64,000 bases of DNA from an uncultured Armatimonadetes bacterium (lineage in GTDB: Bacteria > Armatimonadota > UBA5829 > DTJY01). The position numbers and the translations under genes were made by a program. Below the pieces are notes generated by a model. The model was given only the letters and a program-made list of their open reading frames with translations, had not been told where the DNA came from and ran no database searches. The stretch's first letter is position 1. Every line of letters begins with the position of its first letter. The DNA lies in assembly GCA_963717145.1 (NCBI GenBank), contig OY970325.1, positions 2,912,001 through 2,976,000 on the forward strand. The letters run 5' to 3'. Below, one piece after another: positions 50,501 through 60,050 of the stretch.

Positions 50501-50823
50501 GCCTCATCATCGCCCCCGGGATGCCGCGCGAGTGGCTCGCGGACGGCCAGGAGGTCAACCTTCAGGGCATGGCGACGTATTACGGGCCGATGAGCTATCG
50601 GATGTGCGCGGAGCCGGGACGGATCACGGCGATGGTCGAGCCGCCCCGCCGGAATCCACCCTCGTTCCTCGAGGTCAGATTCCGCCATCCGGAGCGCCTG
50701 CCGATGAAGGGCGTGAGCGTCAACGGTCAGCCGCATCGGACATTCGATCCGACGACGGAGATCGTCCGTTTCGACAACGCCGCCGATCTCCCGGATCTGC
50801 TGGAGATCATAGCCGAGTACTGA
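47545..50823 (+). CDS. Large protein with probable (alpha/alpha)6 glycosidase-like C-terminal domain, paralog A
   Basis: Six-hairpin-like pattern (ALCEHYKFTRDKDWL, YGLLPPG) and C-terminal beta domain (PREWL..G, TYYGPMSY). Confidence 0.7.
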   Translation: MRLSDELIGTKCDIAPFGRLSYWTGSDPLTLTRCDAPDLQPVNREEQGGRHLGIEWEYPRQFSSVVIRFDEGRAPCPKDVQLQYWVHNWPSDFAGGWTAVDDPYNGKWVTANGEFRVDGSTWTFMFDPLDITEISRATDFAVTYRQSYRVRLLFKGESEPGIAGLEVYSDSTWREAALRIEFGLRDGGLTYSGPIEVHNGYILSTDDSDPRSVAVNVLYAETCNYGVERSAPTPPDRTIITVAGFSFLVTDALDGGIDVPDHGVFVSNRRGGLQRPPDREAVEGLPYGQSLPIYDRILTEPEQTFERARREIPQLIKTRQGAWGRYLPIGCDANRQEFAVRFNGEIFADKHELKLVGRDPARLLWPGPAIHFKFPTGDPPDFREREDGTEQSALNGYLPIYTSTWKDREFAYEMTAFSALLHESPWEEEKKRGDEPMVALSRIKIRNTTEEKRTARFWMVIEQPEKLNTDEQGFVYATGRARDDSVPDSAVQKRWTVEEYPSRRLRAQVRTQGRGELSAVACTYQPFEVTSIPNAVAYDIELEPRSMHGIELLIPFITSTGDEGRDAVAGLDYDARLAEMAAYWESLIGSGARIEVPQEVITDYVKATLPHIAITADKDIKSGYYMLPAGTYAYPVCMNEACHQIRALDYQGHHERAQTYLRPFHELQGTRGLHGRFASKEGVFHGLRVDDETDYQAFNYNLDHGYVTFALCEHYKFTRDKDWLLSIAPSLVAACDFVTRERQATMQAGAWEYGLLPPGHLEDNPEWLYWYAVNAYCYRGMQAVTEVLADIGHPEVERLRRDTDAYRDDIRRSMRKGAELSPVTKLSGGTYTPFVPTRAQLRGRDIGWIRDSLYGPAHAIECGVFDPLEDICTWMLRDLEDNVFVSRYRGRQVDLERFWFSQGGNTIQSGLLPMVMVYLKRDQPEHAIRALFNSIAQNLYEDVRCFTEHPVAAFGLGAGPFYKTPDENCWINWLRNVLLMEKGNDGLIIAPGMPREWLADGQEVNLQGMATYYGPMSYRMCAEPGRITAMVEPPRRNPPSFLEVRFRHPERLPMKGVSVNGQPHRTFDPTTEIVRFDNAADLPDLLEIIAEY
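48347..48408. repeat. GTAG-type REP doublet in-frame within the 47545 gene
   Basis: Perfect 28-bp arms accgtaggggaggccttcaacggcctcc and ggaggccgttgaaggcctcccctacggt, 6-nt loop. Confidence 0.88.
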
Positions 50824-50969
50824 TGATGACATGTAGGGGCGAAGCATTGGCCGATCGGACTCCGCCGACGTTCGGCAGCAGTCGTGAGTGCTGATGATGA
50901 CATGTAGGGGCGAAGCATTGGCCGATCGGACTGCGCCGACCTTCGGCAACAATCGCCAATGCTTCGCCC
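50820..50969. repeat. Tandemly duplicated GTAG REP (71-bp period)
   Basis: ctgatgatgacatgtaggggcgaagcattggccgatcggact at 50820 and 50891; closing arm gccaatgcttcgccc. Confidence 0.85.
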
Positions 50970-50996
50970 GGCTTGAGTAGGAGCAGGAGTATAAGT

Positions 50997-53900
50997 ATGA
51001 GTAAGAGCGTGGACATCGTGCCGTTCGGCAGGATATCGTACTGGACCGGGAGCGATCGGCTCACCATCGAGCGCCATGACGCGGACGGATGGACGCCCGT
51101 CGATGTCCCCGAGCAGGGCGGGCCGCACGTCGGCGTCGAATGGGAGCAGACGCGCCGGTTTTCGTCGATTATTGCGCATTTCGCCGACGATGCCCCCGAT
51201 CCGAGCCAGGTGCGGGTTCAGTATTGGCATCAGAACTGGCCGGAGCCCTGGATCGGCGGATGGACCGCGGTCGATGATCCCTTCAACGGCAAGTGGGTGA
51301 CAGCCAACGGGGAGTTCAAGATCGAGGGCGATACCTGGACCTTCACGTTCGATCCACTCGACATCACCGAGCTGGGTTCCGCTGAGGACTTCGCGGTGAC
51401 CTATCGTCAGGCGCTCAAGGTGCGACTGCTCTTCAAGGGCTGCTCCCCGAACATCGAATCGCTCGAAATCCGATCCGGCTCCGTCTGGAAGGAAGCCGAC
51501 CTCCGCATCGAATTCGGCCTCTCCGACGAGGGTCTGACCTACGGGGGCTCGGCCGTAGTCTCGGACGGCAGCGTGCTCGATCTCGATGACGGCAATCCCA
51601 AGAACGTCCGCCTCAAGGTGCTCTATGCGGACGGTGTCCCGACCGATCGCACGATCGTGACGATCAAATGCGTCGAGAGAAGCTTCTCGTTCCTGGTGTC
51701 GGACGCGCTCGACGGAGTGCACATCCCGGACCACGGCGTGTTCGTCAGCGAGGAAGGGAGAGGCGGCTATGCGGCATGGAGCGCGAACCGTCCGGCGGAT
51801 GTGCCGCGCCCGATCTTCGACCGCGTCATCGATGAGCCGGAACAGAGCTACGAGCGCGCGAGCGCCGAAGTCCCACAACTGATCAAGATCAAGCAGGACA
51901 AGTTCGGCAGATATGTACCGATCGGCTGCGACGCCAACCGCCAGGAGTTCGCGCTCCGGTTCAACGGCGATATCTTCGCCGACAAGCATGAACTCAAACT
52001 GGTAGGCAGAGATCCGGCAAGACTCCTCTGGCCCGGATCGAACATATGGTTCAAGTTTCCGACCGGCGATCCGCCCGACTTCCGAGAGCGAGAGGACGGC
52101 ACGGAGCAGTCGGCGCAGAACGACTACCTCCCGATCTATACATCCACGTGGAAGGACCGGGAGTTCGCCTACGAGATGACCGCCTTCTCAGCTCTCCTGC
52201 ACGAATCCCCCTGGGAGGAAGAGAAGAAGCGCGGGGACGAGCCGATGGTGGCTTTGTCGAGGATCAAGATCAGGAACACGACCGAGGAGAAACGCACCGC
52301 CCGGTTCTGGATTGTGATAGAACAGCCGGAAAAGCTGGACACAGATTCCAAGGGTTTCGTCTACGCAGTCGGCCGCGCAAGAGACGACAGCGTGCCCGAC
52401 TCGGCCCTCCAGAAGCGGTGGACCGTGGAGCAGTATCCATCCCGCAGACTCCGAGCGCAGGTTCGGACACAGGGCCGAGGCGAACTGAGGGCGGTCGCAT
52501 GCACATACCAACCGCTCGATGTCACGAGCATCCCGAATGCCGTCGCATACGACATCGAACTCGAACCGAGATCGAGCCATCAGCTCGAGCTGTTCATCCC
52601 ATTCATCACCTTCACCGGCGATGAGGGCCGCGATGCCGTTGCCGCTCTCGACTACGATGCCAAGCTTGCCGAGATGACGGAGTACTGGCAGGCGCAGATC
52701 GACGCCGGCGCGAAGATCCAGGTTCCAGAGCAGCTTCTGAATGATTTCAACAAGGCCAACGTCGCCCACATCGCCATCACCGCCGACAGGGACATCGACA
52801 CCGGCCTGTACATGCTCGGCGCGGGGACGTGGCGATACCAGATATACGGCACCGAAACCGTCGACCAGTGCCGTTCGCTCGACCTCAGGGGCTACCACGA
52901 CCGGGCGCGGAAGTACCTGATGCCGTTCGTCGAATGCCAGGGCACGCGCCGGATGGATGGACGCTTTGCGACACAAGAAGGCGCGCTCCACGGGGTTCGC
53001 GTGAACGATTCGTACGACTACCAGGTCGGCGATTACAGCCTCGATCACGGCACGGTACTCTGGTGGCTCGGCGAGCACTACCTGTTCACCCGCGACTCGG
53101 ACTGGCTCACCTCCATCGCGGCTAACCTGATCGCCGCATGCGATTACGTCACCCGCGAGCGCCAGGCGTCGATGCGGACGAACGCGTCCGGCGAGAAGGT
53201 CTGGGAGTACGGGCTGCTTCCACCATGTCATCTGGACGACAACCCGGAGTGGCAATACTGGTACATCGTCAACGCGCTCGCATTCCGGGGCATGACATCC
53301 GCCGCCCGCGCGCTCGGCGATATCGCGCACCCGGAGGCCGCTCGATTGGCATCCGAGGCACAGGCGTATGGCGATGATATCCGACGGTCGCTGGCCAGGT
53401 CGATCGACCTGTCGCCGGTCGTTCGGCTCGCGGACGGCACGTATGTCCCACACACGCCGGTCAGATGCCGTCTCCAGGGCCGGGATGTCGGATGGATTCG
53501 GGAGTCGCTCTACGGCCCGCTGTTCAACGTCGACTGCGGCCTGATCGATCTCGATGCGCCCGAAGTGACATGGATGCAGAAGGACTACGAGGACAACATC
53601 TTCGTCACCCGGTCGCTGGGAAGGCAGGTCGATCTGGAGCGCTTCTGGTTCAGCCAGGGTGGGCACACGATTCAGTCGAACCTTCTGCCGAACACGCTGG
53701 TCTACGCCGCCAGAGATCAGATCAGGCACGCCCTGAGGGCCTTCTACAACAGCATGGCGGCGAATCTCTATGCCGACGTGCGCTGCTTCACGGAGCATCC
53801 GGTCGCCGCTTACGGCCTCGGCGCGGGCCCGCTCTACAAGACGCCCGATGAGTCCGCGTTCCTGACCTGGTTCCGCTACCTGCTTCTGACCGAGCGGGGC

Positions 53901-54230
53901 AACGATCTCATCATCGCGCCCGGGACTCCGAGGGCCTGGATGCAGGACGGCAAGGAGATTGTGGTCGAGGAGATGCCGACCCACTTCGGCCCGGTGAGTT
54001 ACCGGATCGTGTCCGAGGCGGCGAAAGGTCGAGTCGGCGTCGAGATCACTCCTCCCAGACGGAACCCGCCCGAGCAGATTGTCGTGCGGCTCAGGTATAT
54101 CCGGTGGCTGAAGCACAAGTCGGTGACGGTGAACGGCTCGCCGCACAACATAAAGAATGAGTACAGCCGGCACACGATCACGCTCGAAGGCCCGTTCCCG
54201 GAGCGGATCGAAATACTCGTCGAATATTGA
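50997..54230 (+). CDS. Large glycosidase-like protein, paralog B
   Basis: Collinear with 47545-50823; near-identical central region (PIGCDANRQEF...LDYDA). Confidence 0.7.
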   Translation: MSKSVDIVPFGRISYWTGSDRLTIERHDADGWTPVDVPEQGGPHVGVEWEQTRRFSSIIAHFADDAPDPSQVRVQYWHQNWPEPWIGGWTAVDDPFNGKWVTANGEFKIEGDTWTFTFDPLDITELGSAEDFAVTYRQALKVRLLFKGCSPNIESLEIRSGSVWKEADLRIEFGLSDEGLTYGGSAVVSDGSVLDLDDGNPKNVRLKVLYADGVPTDRTIVTIKCVERSFSFLVSDALDGVHIPDHGVFVSEEGRGGYAAWSANRPADVPRPIFDRVIDEPEQSYERASAEVPQLIKIKQDKFGRYVPIGCDANRQEFALRFNGDIFADKHELKLVGRDPARLLWPGSNIWFKFPTGDPPDFREREDGTEQSAQNDYLPIYTSTWKDREFAYEMTAFSALLHESPWEEEKKRGDEPMVALSRIKIRNTTEEKRTARFWIVIEQPEKLDTDSKGFVYAVGRARDDSVPDSALQKRWTVEQYPSRRLRAQVRTQGRGELRAVACTYQPLDVTSIPNAVAYDIELEPRSSHQLELFIPFITFTGDEGRDAVAALDYDAKLAEMTEYWQAQIDAGAKIQVPEQLLNDFNKANVAHIAITADRDIDTGLYMLGAGTWRYQIYGTETVDQCRSLDLRGYHDRARKYLMPFVECQGTRRMDGRFATQEGALHGVRVNDSYDYQVGDYSLDHGTVLWWLGEHYLFTRDSDWLTSIAANLIAACDYVTRERQASMRTNASGEKVWEYGLLPPCHLDDNPEWQYWYIVNALAFRGMTSAARALGDIAHPEAARLASEAQAYGDDIRRSLARSIDLSPVVRLADGTYVPHTPVRCRLQGRDVGWIRESLYGPLFNVDCGLIDLDAPEVTWMQKDYEDNIFVTRSLGRQVDLERFWFSQGGHTIQSNLLPNTLVYAARDQIRHALRAFYNSMAANLYADVRCFTEHPVAAYGLGAGPLYKTPDESAFLTWFRYLLLTERGNDLIIAPGTPRAWMQDGKEIVVEEMPTHFGPVSYRIVSEAAKGRVGVEITPPRRNPPEQIVVRLRYIRWLKHKSVTVNGSPHNIKNEYSRHTITLEGPFPERIEILVEY

Positions 54231-54240
54231 GGTGGAATAG

Positions 54241-56922
54241 ATGCGCAAAGAACTGATGCAGGTTGGCCCGCAGCGGACGTTCACGGGACGGCAGCTCACG
54301 GAGATCGCATTCCCGATCGGAGGGATCGGCACGGGGACTATCAGCCTCGGAGGGCGGGGCAACCTCCGCGACTTCGAGATCGCCAACAAGCCCGCGAAAG
54401 GCAACATCATCCCCTTCGCCTTCTTCGCGCTCTGGGCGAAGTCCGAGGGGTCAGCTTCGGTGGCGAAGATCCTGGAGGGCAAAGTGCCCCCACCCTATCG
54501 CAGCGGGTTCGGCGAGCCGCAGAACCAACTCCAGGGAGTCGCGCGGTTCGAGTCGGCGTCGTTCAAGGGCGAGTACCCGGTCGCGACGGTCGAGCTGTCC
54601 GATCCAGAGATGCCGGTGACCGCCAAGCTGACCGCGTGGAATCCGTTCATCCCGCTCAACGTCAAGGATAGCGCGCTGCCGGTCGGGATCTACGAGTGGA
54701 CGTTCACCAATCCAACCGACAGGCCCGTGAAGATATCCCTCGCCGCCTCGATGCAGAACCCCGTCGGCAAGCTCGATGAGAACAGGAACTACGTCAGCAC
54801 TGGGGCGATCAACGCGTATCAGGCGGTCGGCAAGCTGAAGGGCATCGCGTTCTCCCATCCCGATGCCGATCCCGCGAACCCGATGACCGGCACTCTAGCG
54901 CTGACGACGACCTGGAAGTCGCCGGACGTGCAGACCCGATGGTATCGGGGCGGCTGGTGGGACAAGTGCCACATCTTCTGGGACGACTTCTCCTCCGACG
55001 GGCGACTCAGGCCGCTCATCGACACCGAGCCCGCGGGCGGCGCGTCCGACATCGCGTCACTGGCCATGCATGCGACCGTTCCCGCAGGCGAATCGGTCAC
55101 GATCCCGGTCATGATCGCCTGGCACTATCCCAGGATGGCGAACCCGTGGCCGCCTGCGGGAGTCACCGATCCCGAGCCGCTCGATACATACGTCTCGCAC
55201 TTCGAGAGCGCCTGGGCGGTGGCTGAGTATGTAACGAAGAACCTCGACCGCCTGCGCGAGGAGACCGATCGCTGGTGGGACGCCATATTCCCGAGCACCC
55301 TTCCGAGCTACGTGATCGAGGCGATCACCTCCCAGGCGAGCATCATGCGCTCCCCGACCTGCTTCCTCCTCGCCGATGGGAACTTCTTCGGCTGGGAAGG
55401 CACGAGCGACACCGGCGGCTGCTGTCACGGCAACTGCACGCACGTCTGGAACTACGAGCAGGCGGTGGCGTTCCTCTTCCCGGAGTTGGAGCGGACGATG
55501 CGCCGGACCGAGTTCCTGCACAACACGCGCCCGACCGGCAACATGGCGTTCCGGTCGCAACTCCCGCCGGGATCGGGGCTCATGGAGTTCAAGCCGTGCG
55601 CCGACGGGCAGATGGGCACGATCATCCAGGTCTACCGCGACTGGAAGCTCTCCGGTGACGATGCGTTCCTGAAGGAGATCTGGCCGAACGTCAAGCTCGC
55701 CCTGGAATACGCCTGGACCATGACCTTCGACAAGATGACGCCCCCGGCTCAAGAGGGCGGGCGGAGCATCGACTCGCCCTGGGACCCGGACAAGGACGGC
55801 GTCATGGAGGGCGAGCAGCACAACACTTACGACATCGAGTTCTACGGCCCGAACACCATGTGTACGGCGATGTACCTGGGCGCGCTGAGGGCGTGCGAGG
55901 AGATCGCCCGACATCTCGGTGAGACGACCAAGGCCGACGAGTATCTCGCTGTCTACGAGAGCGGGCGGGCGAAGGTCGAGGGCGACCTCTGGAACGGCGA
56001 GTACTACATCCAGCAGGTGAAGGTGATCGACGGGGTAGTCGTCCCCGACGTCCTGAAGTCCCCGACCGACGAGACTTGCGGGCCGGAGTGCGCCTGCAAG
56101 AAGTCGCCCGGCGGGAAGTCCCCGGCGCTCGGGGATGGGGATGTCGTACCGAAGTACCAGTACGGCGAGGGATGCCTCTCGGATCAGTTGCTCGGCCAGT
56201 GGGCGTCGCACGTCGCGGGGATCGGTTACATCCTCGACCCGGAGCGCGTTCGGACCGCCGTTGCGTCGATCTTCAAGCACAACTTCCTCCCCAGGATCGG
56301 CGACTTCAGCAACGTCCAGCGGGTCTACGCCCTGAACGACGAGCCCGGCCTGCTTCTGTGCTCCTGGCCGAAGGGAAACCGCCCCACCCTGCCTTTCGTC
56401 TACTCGGACGAGGTCTGGACGGGGATCGAGTTCCACGTCGCGGCCCATCTCATCTACGAGGGGCTGATCGAGGAGGGACTGGCGATCGTCAAGGGCGTGA
56501 CCGAGCGGTATCGCGGAGACAACCGGAATCCATGGAACGAGGTCGAGTGCGGACACCACTATGCCCGTGCGATGTCCTCATGGTCGGTGAAGCTCGCGCT
56601 CGACGGCTTCTCCTTCGATCTGCCGGCGGGGCGGCTCGGTTTCTCCCCGAAGATCGGCCCGGAGGACTACCGCACGTTCTGGTCGACCGGCACGGGATGG
56701 GGCGTCTACTCTCAGGACCTCGATGAGAACACCTTCCGCTTCGAGGTGCTCTACGGGAAGCAAACGGTGAGGCAGCTCGATCTCTCGGACCTTCCGGACG
56801 GCGATCTCAAGGTCACCGTGCCCTCGGGACCGGCCGACGCGCGGATCGACGGCAGGAGTGTGATCTTCAGTGCGCCGGTCACCTTATCCGCCGGGGAAGC
56901 GATCGAGATGAAACGAGCTTAG
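54241..56922 (+). CDS. GH116 (GBA2-like) beta-glycosidase
   Basis: FPIGGIGTGTI, GWEG..CCHGNCTHVWNYEQ, DGQMG, HNTYDIEFYG, DQLLGQW, EVWTG, ECGHHYARAM. Confidence 0.93.
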   Translation: MRKELMQVGPQRTFTGRQLTEIAFPIGGIGTGTISLGGRGNLRDFEIANKPAKGNIIPFAFFALWAKSEGSASVAKILEGKVPPPYRSGFGEPQNQLQGVARFESASFKGEYPVATVELSDPEMPVTAKLTAWNPFIPLNVKDSALPVGIYEWTFTNPTDRPVKISLAASMQNPVGKLDENRNYVSTGAINAYQAVGKLKGIAFSHPDADPANPMTGTLALTTTWKSPDVQTRWYRGGWWDKCHIFWDDFSSDGRLRPLIDTEPAGGASDIASLAMHATVPAGESVTIPVMIAWHYPRMANPWPPAGVTDPEPLDTYVSHFESAWAVAEYVTKNLDRLREETDRWWDAIFPSTLPSYVIEAITSQASIMRSPTCFLLADGNFFGWEGTSDTGGCCHGNCTHVWNYEQAVAFLFPELERTMRRTEFLHNTRPTGNMAFRSQLPPGSGLMEFKPCADGQMGTIIQVYRDWKLSGDDAFLKEIWPNVKLALEYAWTMTFDKMTPPAQEGGRSIDSPWDPDKDGVMEGEQHNTYDIEFYGPNTMCTAMYLGALRACEEIARHLGETTKADEYLAVYESGRAKVEGDLWNGEYYIQQVKVIDGVVVPDVLKSPTDETCGPECACKKSPGGKSPALGDGDVVPKYQYGEGCLSDQLLGQWASHVAGIGYILDPERVRTAVASIFKHNFLPRIGDFSNVQRVYALNDEPGLLLCSWPKGNRPTLPFVYSDEVWTGIEFHVAAHLIYEGLIEEGLAIVKGVTERYRGDNRNPWNEVECGHHYARAMSSWSVKLALDGFSFDLPAGRLGFSPKIGPEDYRTFWSTGTGWGVYSQDLDENTFRFEVLYGKQTVRQLDLSDLPDGDLKVTVPSGPADARIDGRSVIFSAPVTLSAGEAIEMKRA

Positions 56923-56929
56923 CCGGGTA

Positions 56930-56958
56930 TTGACAAACGGCGTGCGCTATTGTATACT
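56930..56958 (+). promoter_or_regulatory. sigma70 promoter of the mvhD-metF-glt operon
   Basis: TTGACA-N17-TATACT. Confidence 0.75.
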
Positions 56959-57134
56959 ACGGATGTGTTCTCAGCCAGCGAGGGTTGGGACAGAATCTAT
57001 CCTGTGCGATTCGCAGAAGTGTCGTGCAGGAAGGACGATTGGCAGTCCACCGGTACAACCACGATGTAAGTGGATGACAGGTGGATTTTGTTTGTCTGGG
57101 AATGTAGACGATTACATTGCAAGGAAAAGCACGG

Positions 57135-57530
57135 ATGTCGGAAGATCGAGTAGCGGTCCGCATATACTATTGCCGGAATTCCGTGCCGAACGGACGGGTT
57201 CCCGGTTCGCTCGCGCGACTGGAGCAGCGGACGGACGTGGCGTTAGAGGCCGTTCCGTGCAGCGGACGGATCGATCCCCGATACATCCTCAAGGCGTTCG
57301 AGGGCGGCGCATCGAAGGTATGCCTGCTCGCATGTCCCGAGGACGAATGCAAGCTGCTCGAGGGGAATCTCAGGGCGATCAAGAGGATCGAGGCCGCGCG
57401 AGAACTGCTCGCGGAGGCAGGCGTCGATCCCTGCTCGGTTCGGATGTTTGAGTCGGAAGACTTAGAGCCTGACAGCTTTGACTTGATAGTGGAAGATATC
57501 ACGCGGTTCGCAGACGAGGTGATTGGATGA
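57135..57530 (+). CDS. mvhD: MvhD/FlpD-like [2Fe-2S] subunit
   Basis: YYC...VPCSGRIDPRYILKAFEGGA..V....C...C...GN. Confidence 0.8.
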   Translation: MSEDRVAVRIYYCRNSVPNGRVPGSLARLEQRTDVALEAVPCSGRIDPRYILKAFEGGASKVCLLACPEDECKLLEGNLRAIKRIEAARELLAEAGVDPCSVRMFESEDLEPDSFDLIVEDITRFADEVIG

Positions 57531-58382
57531 CAGACGGAAACCTGGCAAAGGCCATCAAAGGCGGCGAGTTCATACTCACGGGCGAGTGCTATCCGCCCAG
57601 GGGAGCTGATCCCTCGGGACTCAGGGAATGTGCAGCCGCGCTCAAGGGACTCGTGCAGGCGATCAACGTCCCGGAGAGCGAGGACGGCCCGCGCATGGCA
57701 AGCATCGCGGCATGCAAGCACGTTCTCGATGCCGGGGCCGAGCCGATCCTCCATCTGCTGACCCGCGATCTGAACCGCATCGCGCTCCAGGCGACCATTC
57801 TCGGCGCGGCCTCCCTGGGTGTGAAGAACGTCCTCTGCCTCGCGGGATGGCATCAGGCGCTGACGTCCACCGGGGACGCGAGGGGCGTATTCGATGTCGA
57901 TCCAATCCAGCTTCTCCAGGTCGCCGATTCGATCCGCAAGGGCGGGCGGCTCTCCAACGGCGAGACCATCGACGCGCCGATCGATCTCCTGCTCGGAGCG
58001 CTGACGAACCCGTTCTCCGATCCGATGGAGCTTCAGGTGATCGCGCTCGATCGCGCGGTCGCATCGGGCGCGGACTTCATCATCACCCAGCCCGTGTTCA
58101 ACACCGAACGCTTCGCCGAATGGATGGCGGCGGTCAGGGATCGCGGAATCCACGAGCGAACCTGCATCATCGCAACCGTCATGCCGCTGAAGTTGGCGGA
58201 GGATGCAAAGGCTCTGGCTGAGAAGTTCCGCGGCTTGGACATACCGGATCCTTCCACGGCGGGAGCGGAAGCGGCTGGCCAGGACGGCCTCGTTCCTGAA
58301 GGGCGTGGAGGGCGTGCGCGGCATCCACGTGATGAACGAAGACATCGCCCTCGCGGTGGAAGTCTTGAAGGGTTTGAAGTAG
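57527..58382 (+). CDS. metF: Methylenetetrahydrofolate reductase (frameshift near 58255)
   Basis: ECYPP, RDLNRIALQ, GADFIITQPVF; shifted frame gives GVEGVRGIHVM and a stop at 58380-58382. Confidence 0.85.
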
Positions 58383-58389
58383 GGAAATG

Positions 58390-58474
58390 TCCCCCTTACG
58401 AAGGGGGACCGGCCTCTGGGCCGAGGGGGTTTCTGCGGACGAACCTCCCCCAGCCCCTCCTTCGTAAGGAGGGG
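58390..58474. repeat. REP-like double hairpin
   Basis: tcccccttacgaaggggga ... cccctccttcgtaaggagggg. Confidence 0.7.
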
Positions 58475-58490
58475 AGCATAAGGAACTAAC

Positions 58491-59845
58491 ATGCCGGCGA
58501 AATACCACATTCACATAGAGCCGAAGCCGCCGAAGAATAAAGTCATCGGCAAGTACGGCATCGTCGACTGGCGCGAAGACTGCTCGGCCTGCCACAACTG
58601 CGTGAAGCGCGAGTGCGCATACAGCGTCTACGACGAAGAGCGCGACAGGTTGCAGGGCGCGACCGACTACGTCGACTACCTCTACGAGTGCAAGGGATGC
58701 CTCTGCTGCGTGCAGACATGCACCAAGGGCCTGCTCACGCAGGAGGTCAACCCGGAGTTCGAGGCGCTCGGGGATGAAGTCTAGACCCCGGATATCATCT
58801 CGACGCACGTGGTTTCAGGCCGAGACCGGCAAGATCCCCGTCTCGGGCGCAGGATATCCCGGGCCGTTCAGGGGCCCCGGGTTCGATTCGATCCTGACCG
58901 ACATGTCGGAGATCGTCCGCCCGACGCGCGACGGCATCCACGGCAGGGAGTACATCAGCACGCAGGTCGAGATCGGCCGGAAGCTCCCGTCGCTCTCGTT
59001 CAACGCGGACGGCTCGCTCGCGGAAGCATATCCCACGCAGGTCGAGATCCCGCTCCCGATACTTTTCAACCTCCTGCCCTGGCATTCACCATCGGAGAAC
59101 GTGACGCTGGCCATCCTCGATGCCGCGAAGGCGCTCGGGACATTCGCTATCACCGACACGCAGACCGATCATGTGGCGGCGACCTCGCATATCGAGGGCC
59201 AAACCGCCGACCTCAAAGGGAAGCGCCTCGTCGAGTGGTCCGACTCGCCCGATGTGGTCGGGCAGGTCAGACAGGCGAAAGCGGGCCAGTCCCGATCTGG
59301 TCGCGATGGTCCGTCTTCCGCTTGGCATGCAATCGATTACACGCGCGCTCGAACTCGCCGAGCAGGGAGTCGAGGCGATCCATGTCGCCGCCGATTGGCA
59401 CGGCGTCGCGTCGGACGGACTGCACATTACCAAGGCGGTCCGCGCGCTCCACCAGGCCTTCGTGGAACGAGGGAACCGCGATGCCGTAACCATCATCGCC
59501 AGCGGCGGGATTTCGCTCGCGGAACACGTGGCGAAGACGGTCATCTGCGGGGCGGATCTCGTGGCGATCGACGTGCCGTTGATGGTCGCCCTCGAGTGCC
59601 GGGTCTGCCAGGATTGCAGGCAGAACGTGCAGTGCCCCATGGACCTGGCGGATGTCGATCACGACTACGCCGTCCAGCGGATCGTGAACCTGATCGGCGC
59701 GTGGCACAGCCAGCTCCTCGAGATGATGGGCGCGATGGGCATCCGCGAGGTCAGACGCCTTCGCGGAGAGGTCGGCCGCGCGATGTTCTTCGAGGACCTG
59801 GAGCGCGACTGCTTCGGCCCGGTCTTCGGAAAACGCAAGGCGTAA
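58491..59845 (+). CDS. Ferredoxin + glutamate-synthase FMN-domain-like protein 1 (in-frame TAG and frameshifts)
   Basis: CSACHNC and CKGCLCC clusters; DMSEIVRPTRDGIHGREYIST; IIASGGI; MGAMGIREVRRLRGE; spread over three frames. Confidence 0.75.
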
Positions 59846-60038
59846 ATTCGAAATTCGAAGCACGAAATTCGAAACAAACGGCAAAAAAGCAAAAAGGCAA
59901 ATCGGAAAACCGGCCGGCGACAGGCAGTTTGCTTTTTGGAGTTTTCCGCTATTCGGATTTGTTTCGGATTTCGAGCTTCGAATTTCGTGCTTAGTTCTTG
60001 AGTTTTGTTTCTGATTTCGATATTCGAATTTCGTGCTT
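59843..60038. repeat. Inverted pair of heptamer arrays (aaattcg / cgaattt)
   Basis: aaattcgaaattcgaagcacgaaattcgaaac ... ttcggatttcgagcttcgaatttcgtgctt, then a second closing block. Confidence 0.8.
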
Positions 60039-60050
60039 TCTGAGGTAGTT

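Noticed and set aside
50820-50969. 71-bp period repeat as CRISPR
   Set aside because: The would-be spacers are also similar to each other; this is a tandem duplication of a REP half.
56960-57134. Riboswitch or ncRNA in the mvhD leader
   Set aside because: No SAM, THF, glutamine or cobalamin consensus recognised by eye; needs an Rfam scan.
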